Origin: Alphaproteobacteria bacterium
GTDB taxonomy: Bacteria > Pseudomonadota > Alphaproteobacteria > CAAHEQ01 > UBA3637
Length of the DNA: 64,000 nucleotides
NCBI GenBank assembly: GCA_017962565.1
Contig: JAGCVC010000020.1
Span: 68,622 to 132,621, forward strand
Direction of reading: 5' to 3'
Positions within the stretch are counted from its first letter, which is position 1, and every line of letters begins with the position of its first letter. Below are positions 50,341 through 58,970 of the stretch, piece after piece. A program made the position numbers and the translations under genes. The notes below the pieces were generated by a model. The model did not search any database, was not told the DNA's origin, and worked only from the letters and a program-made list of their open reading frames with translations.

Positions 50341-50922
50341 ATGCGATTAAAGAGTATATGTGTGTTTTGTGGTGGTAAAAATGGGAACGATCCTGCATTT
50401 GAAAAAGCGGCTACAGAGTTGGGACGTTTAATTGCCGAAAATGGCGTCAAATTAATCTTCGGTGCCGGCGGAACTGGTTTAATGGGAGCTGTAGCGACAT
50501 CTTGCAAACAGCACGGAGGTGAAGTTATCGGCATGACCATTTCACACTTGTTTGAAATAGAACGCCCCGATTTGATGCAAGATGCCATGGATGAAATTCG
50601 TGTTTTTCAAAAATTGTATGAACGCAAATTTGCAATGACATCAGCTGCAGAAGCATTTTGCGTCCTTCCCGGAGGACTTGGAACGGTAGATGAATTGATG
50701 GAATTAACCGTCTTAAGGCAGCTTGGATTGTTTAACAAACCAATTATTCTTTTAAGCATTAATGGATTTTTTAAACCACTTAAAGAAGCTATTCAATATA
50801 TGATAGATGAAGGTTTTATGAAACCAGAACATTTAAACCTAATTACTCCCCTTGATAAAGTTGAAGATGTTTTACCAACAATTGAAAAGGAATTAAAAGA
50901 ACTTGATAAAAATTCAAAATAG
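50341..50922 (+). CDS. LOG-family protein (TIGR00730; cytokinin riboside 5'-monophosphate phosphoribohydrolase-like)
   Basis: 193 aa. ICVFCGGKNGNDPAF, GAGGTGLMGAV and the PGGLGTVDELMEL motif characteristic of the LOG family. Confidence 0.8.
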   Translation: MRLKSICVFCGGKNGNDPAFEKAATELGRLIAENGVKLIFGAGGTGLMGAVATSCKQHGGEVIGMTISHLFEIERPDLMQDAMDEIRVFQKLYERKFAMTSAAEAFCVLPGGLGTVDELMELTVLRQLGLFNKPIILLSINGFFKPLKEAIQYMIDEGFMKPEHLNLITPLDKVEDVLPTIEKELKELDKNSK

Positions 50923-50950
50923 TTTATTTTGAAGTATAAAAGAGGGTTTT

Positions 50951-51736
50951 ATGGTTATCATTAAAAAGTTACGACATTTGTTTTTTTGCTTTATAGGTTG
51001 CTTACTTTTAGCAGCGTGCGCTACGCCACCGACAGATCCTATAGCATTAGAACAATTCAATGCCAACAATGATCCATTTGAACCCTATAATCGAGTAGCT
51101 ACTGACTTTAACTTTAAAGTAAATCGATATATCTATCGCCCTTTCGATGAAGCTTACCGCTTTGTTACTCCCGAACCTGTACGAAACTGTATATCAAATG
51201 CATCCAGTAACATTTCTCAACCTTATTATTTTGTAAATGCCGTCTTACAGGGAGAACTTGAAGAAAGTGCTCAGATTTTTGGTCGTTTTTTTACAAACTC
51301 GACACTGGGTGTCTTCGGTTTGTTTGATGTCGCCGGGGCATTAGATATAGAAGCACCACAAAAAGACTTTGGAGAAACCCTCTATAAATGGGGTTGGAAA
51401 CAACCTACTCCATATTTTGTAATACCATTCTTGGGGCCATCTGATATTCGAGATACAACCGGTCGAGTCGTTGGTTTTTTTGTTGATCCGCTTGACTATG
51501 TCTTTCCACGACCAGAAAGAAGATATTTGTTGATTTTCAGATATATTACGATGGGAATTGTTACTGTTGACAACTTAAGTGAATTATTAGAAAATATCGA
51601 AAAGAATTCCATTGATCCGTATATTGCGTTGCGAACAATGTATCGTCAAAGTCGCGCAAAGTTCTTAAATGCAAAGGATATTGATGCTCAAACGGAAAAC
51701 TATAACTTTGATTTTGATGATGAAGAGGAGTTTTAA
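50951..51736 (+). CDS. mlaA: MlaA/VacJ-family outer-membrane lipoprotein
   Basis: 261 aa. Lipoprotein signal (LLLAACA). Conserved VacJ core (DPFEPYNRVATDFNFKVNRYIYRP...; FGLFDVAGALDIEAPQKDFGETLYKWGW). Confidence 0.8.
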   Translation: MVIIKKLRHLFFCFIGCLLLAACATPPTDPIALEQFNANNDPFEPYNRVATDFNFKVNRYIYRPFDEAYRFVTPEPVRNCISNASSNISQPYYFVNAVLQGELEESAQIFGRFFTNSTLGVFGLFDVAGALDIEAPQKDFGETLYKWGWKQPTPYFVIPFLGPSDIRDTTGRVVGFFVDPLDYVFPRPERRYLLIFRYITMGIVTVDNLSELLENIEKNSIDPYIALRTMYRQSRAKFLNAKDIDAQTENYNFDFDDEEEF

Positions 51737-51737
51737 T

Positions 51738-52361
51738 ATGAAAAAAATATTTGTTCTGATCTTGACTTTTTTCTGTTTTACCCACATTGCGATGGCTCAA
51801 GAAAAATCAGCAACGACATTTGTCAATACACTGATTAACAATATCATCGAAAACGTTCTGACCGTAAACATTTCAAAGGAAGAAAAGACAAAACGTTTTG
51901 AAGAATATATTTCAGATGCAGTCGATACACAAGCCATTGCAAAGGCCGTATTAGCTCAATATTGGCGTACGATATCTCCAAAAGAAAAAGACGATTTTGT
52001 TGATGCATTTAAAGAAATGGCTATAAAAATGACTGCCGAACGTTTTGACATGTATAACGGACAAGAAGTCAAATTTTTCTCTGAACGCCCTGCCCAAGGG
52101 AAAAATCAAGTGTTCGTTGACAGTACGGTAAATCATGATTCAAAAGATATTCAAGTTGTTTGGCGAGTTCGGGAAAAAGATGGAAAATATCAAATTTTAG
52201 ACATCATTATAGAAGGTGTCAGCATGACATTAAATTATCGTAATGAATATACCGCTTTTTTGCAAAATCACACCATTCAGGATTTGATTGCAGAATTGAA
52301 AAAACAGGCTGAAAATGCAGCTGACACTGTTGCAAAGAAAAAAGAAGAAAAGAAAAATTAG
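51738..52361 (+). CDS. mlaC: MlaC/Ttg2D-family periplasmic phospholipid-binding protein
   Basis: Track ORF 51669..52361. Start moved to MKKIFVLILTFFCFTHIAMAQ (signal peptide) at 51738, 2 nt after the mlaA stop. Tgt2/MlaC fold hallmarks (WRTISPKEKDDFVDAFKE...). Confidence 0.75.
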   Translation: MKKIFVLILTFFCFTHIAMAQEKSATTFVNTLINNIIENVLTVNISKEEKTKRFEEYISDAVDTQAIAKAVLAQYWRTISPKEKDDFVDAFKEMAIKMTAERFDMYNGQEVKFFSERPAQGKNQVFVDSTVNHDSKDIQVVWRVREKDGKYQILDIIIEGVSMTLNYRNEYTAFLQNHTIQDLIAELKKQAENAADTVAKKKEEKKN

Positions 52362-52417
52362 ATTTAATTAAAGTTAAATCCATTTCATTATAATAACAAA
52401 GCTTACATTAGAAAAAG

Positions 52418-52708
52418 TCAATCATACAGAACTTTAAATGATTGCGAATCGCATAGCAACTTATCCTGTTCCTTCACGGTCAAGAACTGCATATCAAATA
52501 CGTTTGAAAACAACGGCCCCTTTTGACAACAACCTATGAACTCAACAACGTTGACCTGATCTCCCGATGCATACACTTCCACAGAACCGTCTTGAGTGTT
52601 ACGCACCCATCCACACAAATCCAAACGCTCAGCTGATCGCAAAACGAATCTGCGAAAACCAACGTGTTGGACACGACCTTCAATCAATAAATGGATTTCC
52701 TTTATCAT
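52418..52708 (-). CDS. acyP: acylphosphatase
   Basis: 96 aa. IEGRVQHVGFR and GWVRNTQDGSVEV signature motifs. Confidence 0.8.
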   Translation of the reverse strand: MIKEIHLLIEGRVQHVGFRRFVLRSAERLDLCGWVRNTQDGSVEVYASGDQVNVVEFIGCCQKGPLFSNVFDMQFLTVKEQDKLLCDSQSFKVLYD

Positions 52709-52713
52709 ATCAG

Positions 52714-55038
52714 TTAGTCAGAGGAATCTTCATCTTTATCATTCAAGACATCTGACAAAGTATTCAACAACTCTCTTCCCAATTTCTGAGCTTTTGTCTG
52801 TTCAGTTGTTTTCTTTTCTTGTTTTTGTTCTGTTTTTTCAGAAGCAACTGCAGCCACGCGACCAAAATAATCATCAATTGTCTTTAATTGCATATCAGCC
52901 GATGCGACACGGCAAATGGAAACGCCTTCAACCACTTTTTTGGTAGTATAAGCATCTAACACAGCCCTTTTACTGTTAAGTTTAGAATGCTTTGTTGTTC
53001 CATCTTCAGAGTTACCGGATGCATTATTTGTTTCGACACTTGCTTTTGGTTCCGCCAAATTACCACTTAGGACAACAGCACGCATAACACCGGTACTTTG
53101 TCCATAGCGATCAACGGCATTTTTTTGCGGAGCAAGATGTAAATTGATTGTTTCCTTGTCAAAATTAACATCACCACTTATTAACATATTAAAACGACTG
53201 GTTTCAACTGCTACTTTTTTATCAAAAGAAACCACACCATTATTAACAACAGCATTTACCACAGCACATTTTACAAATAAATCTTTTGAAGCCCGGTATG
53301 TGCCATTTGCATCATTTTCAGCAAATAAATCTGCAACCAGAGGGGACAGAATTTCAACTTGATTGGCTGAAAGCAACAAATAGCCGTTTAAAGAACTCCA
53401 AATATCTTTTTGAGTATTGCCTTCCGCTGTCAAGAATAAATTAACATTGAAAACACCATTTAACAATTGTTTCTTCCAACTGCTCACTTGATTAAACATC
53501 AAATTCTCACCGACCAATTCCAAATTCCAATTCGGTTTCTGAGCATTTTCCGCATCAATGACAAGTTTACCAACAACTTGTCCGCCCGCGATGAAAGAAT
53601 TTTCCAACAAGCGTACATCCAAAACACTGTCTTTCAACTGAACCTTACTTATAATAACCGGGTAACGCGAAAATAAGTTCTTTGCGGAAAAATTGTCTAT
53701 TGATAAAGACAAAGTTGCATCGAATTTATCCAACCAACTCAAATTAATCTTACTCTTAGAAAACAATGAATCATCAATAGAAAGTTCATCATCAAGATTC
53801 GTCAAAGGATTCTTTTCAAAAATGTTTGAAAATTTAAAATAATGCGAATGCAACTTACCGGAAATTACGGGCTTTTTAGCGGACAAATCTACATTCAATG
53901 ATCCGTCTATATCCGTTTCATCAAACATTAATGTTAAATTTGAAATATCCAACGATTTATCCAAAACAACATTATAGTTTGCTTGTGCCGAAAAAGTTCT
54001 TAAACCGAATCGTCTGACAAGGTCAGGCTTAGAAACATCAATGTTAACACGCCCTTTTCCTTCTTTACTGTCTAAGTTTTGTTCCACATTATAGGATATG
54101 CTAACACCATCACTGGTAAATTCCAAAACACCATCCATCAATAACTGTCTTTTTAACAACCGACCGGCAAATTGGAATGAATAAGCGGTCGCGGGAACAT
54201 CATTTTCCCCTATCATAAAGAACTCATATACCTTTTTTAAATCCGTCCCTTGAGAATTGATGTTCAAGATTATATCATCTTCACACTTTGTCAAATCACG
54301 ACATACACCGGAAATTTTGGAAGAACCGTCCAATCCGTTAACAGAAAAGCTGAAATTCAAATCACGTTTGTTTACAATAACAGAAAGTAAATTTTTAACA
54401 GATCCGGAGAAGTTGAACTTTTCTTGATTAGATAAAAGTTCCCCTTCAATATTGACCAAATGATCAATAGCTAACTTATTCAAAACAAAAACATTATTTA
54501 TGTTATCCTGTTTGTTATCATAACTTATTTTAACATTTCTCATAGTAATCAAGTCAAATTCTGCTTGCTCTGCAGGAGATAACGATTCGGCTTTTGAAAG
54601 TGTCGGACGCTTCCGTTCTTTCTTATTTTCACCGACTCGTTGTGTCTTTGGAAGACGACTCCAGTTATCATGTCCTACTTCATTAACTTGCAGGAAAACA
54701 TCAACATCAGAAAAATTAATCCGTTGAACCTTAATAATATCCTTCAAGAAAAGAAGCAAATCAAAGGATACCTCAGCTTCTTTTGCTTTAAAGAAAACGG
54801 GTTCCGAAAAACCGGCGGCATTTTTAATTTCTACGTCACGAAGAACCAAATTGGGCTTTAATGATTTCGAAAGGCTCATTTCTCCTTGAATAGAAACCGC
54901 ATATCCGGTGTGATCTAACAAGAATTTTTCGATGCTACCTTTATAGGTGTTAACATCAAAGGTGAAGAGATATATAACTCCACCAAATATGACGGCAAGA
55001 ATCAAAACTAACAAAGAAATTAATATATTTTTCATCAA
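52714..55038 (-). CDS. AsmA-family outer-membrane biogenesis protein
   Basis: 774 aa. N-terminal TM anchor plus AsmA N-domain pattern. Long beta-rich periplasmic body. AsmA-like C-terminal region. Confidence 0.7.
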   Translation of the reverse strand: MMKNILISLLVLILAVIFGGVIYLFTFDVNTYKGSIEKFLLDHTGYAVSIQGEMSLSKSLKPNLVLRDVEIKNAAGFSEPVFFKAKEAEVSFDLLLFLKDIIKVQRINFSDVDVFLQVNEVGHDNWSRLPKTQRVGENKKERKRPTLSKAESLSPAEQAEFDLITMRNVKISYDNKQDNINNVFVLNKLAIDHLVNIEGELLSNQEKFNFSGSVKNLLSVIVNKRDLNFSFSVNGLDGSSKISGVCRDLTKCEDDIILNINSQGTDLKKVYEFFMIGENDVPATAYSFQFAGRLLKRQLLMDGVLEFTSDGVSISYNVEQNLDSKEGKGRVNIDVSKPDLVRRFGLRTFSAQANYNVVLDKSLDISNLTLMFDETDIDGSLNVDLSAKKPVISGKLHSHYFKFSNIFEKNPLTNLDDELSIDDSLFSKSKINLSWLDKFDATLSLSIDNFSAKNLFSRYPVIISKVQLKDSVLDVRLLENSFIAGGQVVGKLVIDAENAQKPNWNLELVGENLMFNQVSSWKKQLLNGVFNVNLFLTAEGNTQKDIWSSLNGYLLLSANQVEILSPLVADLFAENDANGTYRASKDLFVKCAVVNAVVNNGVVSFDKKVAVETSRFNMLISGDVNFDKETINLHLAPQKNAVDRYGQSTGVMRAVVLSGNLAEPKASVETNNASGNSEDGTTKHSKLNSKRAVLDAYTTKKVVEGVSICRVASADMQLKTIDDYFGRVAAVASEKTEQKQEKKTTEQTKAQKLGRELLNTLSDVLNDKDEDSSD

Positions 55039-55056
55039 ACGCCCCTTTTCGTTTCA

Positions 55057-56007
55057 TCAAAAGAAATCAAAACTTTCTTTCTCTTTTTTAACATTAAAAT
55101 TAAAAAATGCAAGGCTTTTTTTCATATAATCTGGTATTAACGCATCAACTTTTAACTTTTTTTGATTTAAAAGTGGAATTTGCAATGCCTTTGCATGTAA
55201 AAGCATCTTTTTTTCTAAACCGTCTACAAAATGTCCGCCGTATTTTTCATCACCCACAATCGGACATCCGATATAAGCACAGTGCACGCGCAACTGATGT
55301 GTTCGACCGGTTAAAGGCATTAAACGAAGTAAGGAATAATCCCCGGTTGTATCGACAACTTCATACAAAGATTTAGCATATTGACCGTTTTCATCAACCT
55401 GCACTGATTCGCCTCCATTTTTTCCGGATTTTTTCAACAAAGGAACTTCTATTTCCCCTTGCATTTGCTTTGGACAACCATGTACAACAGCCCAATAAAT
55501 CTTATGAGCTTCTTTTGTTTTAAATGCTTTTGTCAGATAAGCAGCCATTTTTACATTACGAGCCAAAGCCAAAACACCGCTTGTTTCCTTATCCAAACGG
55601 TGGACTAAACGCGGACGTTCCCCGCCAAACTTCAATCCGTCCAAAAGCCCGTCCACATGTCGCAAAGTCTTTGTACCGCCTTGAACAGCTAACCCAGCCG
55701 GTTTGTTTAAAACAATAATATCTTTATCTTTGTAAATTACCAATGATTGAATAAATTCAATGTCCGCTTTTGAAAGCTCTTTTGTTGCTTTTTCTTCCTG
55801 TTTTGGCATAGGCGGGACACGAATTTCATCCCCTGTTTGCAATCGCAAATCTGCTTTTGCACGTGCACCGTTTACACGGATATTTTTTGCACGCAACATC
55901 TTTTCTAACATACCGTGAGAAAGCGCCGGATAATAACGTTTAAACCATCTGTCCAAACGTGCGTCAGAGTCTTTTTCTTCTACCTTGACAATTTTCACTT
56001 CTGACAT
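55057..56007 (-). CDS. 23S rRNA pseudouridine synthase, RluA family with N-terminal S4 domain (RluC/RluD-like)
   Basis: 316 aa. S4 region (ARLDRWFKRYYPALSHGMLEKMLRAKNIRVNG). Catalytic HRLDKETSG motif. Confidence 0.8.
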   Translation of the reverse strand: MSEVKIVKVEEKDSDARLDRWFKRYYPALSHGMLEKMLRAKNIRVNGARAKADLRLQTGDEIRVPPMPKQEEKATKELSKADIEFIQSLVIYKDKDIIVLNKPAGLAVQGGTKTLRHVDGLLDGLKFGGERPRLVHRLDKETSGVLALARNVKMAAYLTKAFKTKEAHKIYWAVVHGCPKQMQGEIEVPLLKKSGKNGGESVQVDENGQYAKSLYEVVDTTGDYSLLRLMPLTGRTHQLRVHCAYIGCPIVGDEKYGGHFVDGLEKKMLLHAKALQIPLLNQKKLKVDALIPDYMKKSLAFFNFNVKKEKESFDFF

Positions 56008-57293
56008 TTCTTTTTCTGCTTTCTTAAATTATCCCAATATGTCAGGCGTTTATTGATTTCACGTTCAAAACCCCTTTCCGGCGGACGATAAAAGGTACAA
56101 TGATGCATCTTATCCGGAAAATACTCTTGTCCGGAAAAACCGTCTTCAGTATCTGGATCATATTGATAACCTTCGCCATAACCCAATTCACCCATTAACT
56201 TTGTCGGAGCATTTAATATGTGCATCGGCGGAGAAAGAGAACCGGTTTCTTTTGCTGTCTTTTGAGCGGCACCCCAAGCCTTATAAACACCAACGGACTT
56301 TGGTGCTGTCGCCAAATAAACAACTAATTCGGCAATTGCCAAATCACCTTCCGGTGAACCAAGCCTTTCGTATGTGTTCCATGCTGAAATAGCAATGTTT
56401 ATCGCATTTGGATCGGCCAAACCAACATCTTCTGTTGCAAAACGCGTCAAACGACGCAAAACATATTTTGGATCTTCGCCGCCTTGCAACATACGTGCCA
56501 ACCAATACAAACCCGCATCCGGATCACTGCCACGTAAAGATTTATGCAAAGCGCTGATTAAATTATAATGCCCTTCTCTGTCTTTATCATAAAGCGGCAT
56601 ACGTTGTGAAATAACTTTTGACAACTGCTCTGTTGTCATCGGTTTATCGGCACCATATTGTTCGATTGCTTCAATCATATTGATAAAGTAACGGCCGTCA
56701 CCGTCTGCCAAATTTAATAAATACTCTTTTGCATCTTCCTCCAATGGCAGAGGATGTCCCAATTCTTTTTCAGCCTTTGCTAAAATTTTTTCCAATCCGT
56801 CACGTTCCAAAGCTTTCAACACAAAAACCTTACAACGTGACAATAAAGCGCTGTTCAATTCAAAAGACGGATTTTCCGTTGTTGCACCGACCAAAATAAC
56901 CGTACCGTCTTCTACATAAGGTAAAAAACTGTCCTGTTGAGAACGATTGAAACGATGGATTTCATCCACAAATAACAGTGTCTTTTTACCCATCTGCCGA
57001 CGTGCTTTTGCATTTTCAAAAATTTTGCGTAAATCAGCAACACCCGAAAAAACAGCAGACAAAGGCTCATAATACAAGCCGGCAACGTTGGCAAATAATT
57101 TTGCAATTGTCGTTTTACCGCAACCGGGAGGGCCCCAAAGAATAAAGGAAGAAACTTTACCCGTTTTCATCATACGTCCCAATGGTGCATCAGGCGCCAA
57201 CAAATGATCCTGCCCGACGACTTCTTCCAAAGTTGCCGGACGTAAACGATCTGCCAAAGGACGATCTTGCGGACGTTCAAAAAGTGTTGCCAT
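55995..57293 (-). CDS. rarA: replication-associated recombination protein A (RarA/MgsA AAA+ ATPase)
   Basis: 432 aa. Walker A GPPGCGKTT, Walker B LFVDEIHRFN, sensor and MgsA C-terminal helical domain. Confidence 0.9.
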   Translation of the reverse strand: MATLFERPQDRPLADRLRPATLEEVVGQDHLLAPDAPLGRMMKTGKVSSFILWGPPGCGKTTIAKLFANVAGLYYEPLSAVFSGVADLRKIFENAKARRQMGKKTLLFVDEIHRFNRSQQDSFLPYVEDGTVILVGATTENPSFELNSALLSRCKVFVLKALERDGLEKILAKAEKELGHPLPLEEDAKEYLLNLADGDGRYFINMIEAIEQYGADKPMTTEQLSKVISQRMPLYDKDREGHYNLISALHKSLRGSDPDAGLYWLARMLQGGEDPKYVLRRLTRFATEDVGLADPNAINIAISAWNTYERLGSPEGDLAIAELVVYLATAPKSVGVYKAWGAAQKTAKETGSLSPPMHILNAPTKLMGELGYGEGYQYDPDTEDGFSGQEYFPDKMHHCTFYRPPERGFEREINKRLTYWDNLRKQKKKCQK

Positions 57294-57391
57294 TTTTCTT
57301 TCCTTATATTGCCGTCAGCATAGCACAAAACAAAGATGATGTAAAATAAAAAGAACTTTTCTTTTTGGCTTTTTTTTGTTATAAGATTCTT

Positions 57392-57721
57392 ATGACAAAA
57401 CAATTTACACGTATTCAAGAAGACTTTATTTGTGAAATGTGCGGTGCGACAGTACATGGCAACGGGTACACCAATCATTGTCCGGAATGTTTAACTTCCA
57501 AACATGTGGACATTATGCCTGGCGACAGAGCTTGTGACTGTGGCGGTTTAATGCCTGCAATTGGATTAGATACAAAAAACGGTGAATTTGTTTTAGTTCA
57601 ACAATGTCAAAAGTGCGGGTATATTCGCCGCAATAAAATATGGGAAAACGACAGCAAAAAAGCCATTTTAGCTTTAATGAACGGAACTTTACCCGAATAC
57701 ATCCAATCAATAAAAAAATAA
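57392..57721 (+). CDS. RNHCP-domain zinc-ribbon protein
   Basis: Track ORF 57365..57721. Start moved to MTKQF. CEMCG...HCPEC...CDCGG...CQKCG spacing typical of the RNHCP domain. Confidence 0.55.
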   Translation: MTKQFTRIQEDFICEMCGATVHGNGYTNHCPECLTSKHVDIMPGDRACDCGGLMPAIGLDTKNGEFVLVQQCQKCGYIRRNKIWENDSKKAILALMNGTLPEYIQSIKK

Positions 57722-57722
57722 T

Positions 57723-58970
57723 TTATTTCTTACCGATAAATTTACGAGCAACGGAAAGCACCGGCAATTTGTCCAAAATCGATTTATCAACAGGAATACG
57801 AACAGCCTGTCCTAAATGACCGGTAGAAATGACTTCCAAAGATTTGCCGTTTTCGGCATCATAAAAATCATCTATTTTGACACAAATGGGTTCGAATTGA
57901 TAAGGAGAAAGAAATTCAATTTCATCCCCTTTTTCAATTTTGTGTTTAATTTCCAAAATAATACTGTCGCCAGTTTTATCCATAACACGACCGGCATAGC
58001 GCCATTCACCATTACTTGCCGAAATATCGTAATTTAAACTTTCCGGTCCTGCATTTCCATCAAAAAACCCCAAGGTATAACCACGATTTTGCAAGGTTGA
58101 TAGTTCTTTGATATATTCGTCCGGCTTCCAATTTTTCGGATTTTCTGCCCAATCATCGATGGCTTTACGGTAAGCACGCGCGGCAACAGATACATAGTAT
58201 TCGGATTTGTTACGCCCTTCTATTTTGAAGCTGTCTAACCCGACATTAAGCAATTCATTCAATCTGGGCATCAAGCACAAGTCTCGTGAATTCATCACAT
58301 ATGCGCCGTGATCATCTTCATCCAACTGCATAAATTGTCCCGGACGATTTTCTTCTTCAATATAAAACTTGTATTTCCAACGACAAGTGTGTGCGCAATT
58401 TCCCTTATTAGCACTACGCCCCGTTAAAAAGTTCGATAATAAACAACGACCGGAATAACTGACACACATGGCACCATGTACAAAAACTTCCAATGCTATG
58501 TCCGGACATTTTTCACGAATCTCCCGCATTTCTTTCAAAGGTACTTCACGACCTAAAACACACAACTTTGCACCTTGTTTTTGCCAATGTTGAACGGTCA
58601 TCCAAGAACAAATGTTTGCTTGCGTAGAAATATGGAGTGGCAAATCGGGACAAACTTCACCGATATAATCAAAGACACCCGAATCAGCAACAATAACTCC
58701 ATCAGGTTTTAAAAATTGAAGCATTTTAACGGCTTCTTCCAAACGTTCCATATCTTGATTATGCGTAAATAAATTCAAAGTCAGATAAATCTTTTTACCG
58801 ATTGAATGAGCATAATTGATGCCTTCCTTTAGATCAGCAGAAGTAAACCCGCTTTTTGCCCGCAAAGATACTGATGGCAAACCGCAATACACAACATCCG
58901 CACCGTATAAGAAAGCGGTTTTTAATCTGTCCAACGTACCGGCTGGCAATAAAAGTTCAGGTTTCTTCAT
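57723..58970 (-). CDS. peptidase U32 family protein (YegQ/RlhA/TrhP-like)
   Basis: Track ORF to 58988. Start placed at MKKPELLLPAGTLDRL (the conserved U32 N-terminus) at 58968-58970. U32 core E.......GADA-like motif region and Cys cluster (CAHTCRWKYKF). Confidence 0.75.
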   Translation of the reverse strand: MKKPELLLPAGTLDRLKTAFLYGADVVYCGLPSVSLRAKSGFTSADLKEGINYAHSIGKKIYLTLNLFTHNQDMERLEEAVKMLQFLKPDGVIVADSGVFDYIGEVCPDLPLHISTQANICSWMTVQHWQKQGAKLCVLGREVPLKEMREIREKCPDIALEVFVHGAMCVSYSGRCLLSNFLTGRSANKGNCAHTCRWKYKFYIEEENRPGQFMQLDEDDHGAYVMNSRDLCLMPRLNELLNVGLDSFKIEGRNKSEYYVSVAARAYRKAIDDWAENPKNWKPDEYIKELSTLQNRGYTLGFFDGNAGPESLNYDISASNGEWRYAGRVMDKTGDSIILEIKHKIEKGDEIEFLSPYQFEPICVKIDDFYDAENGKSLEVISTGHLGQAVRIPVDKSILDKLPVLSVARKFIGKK

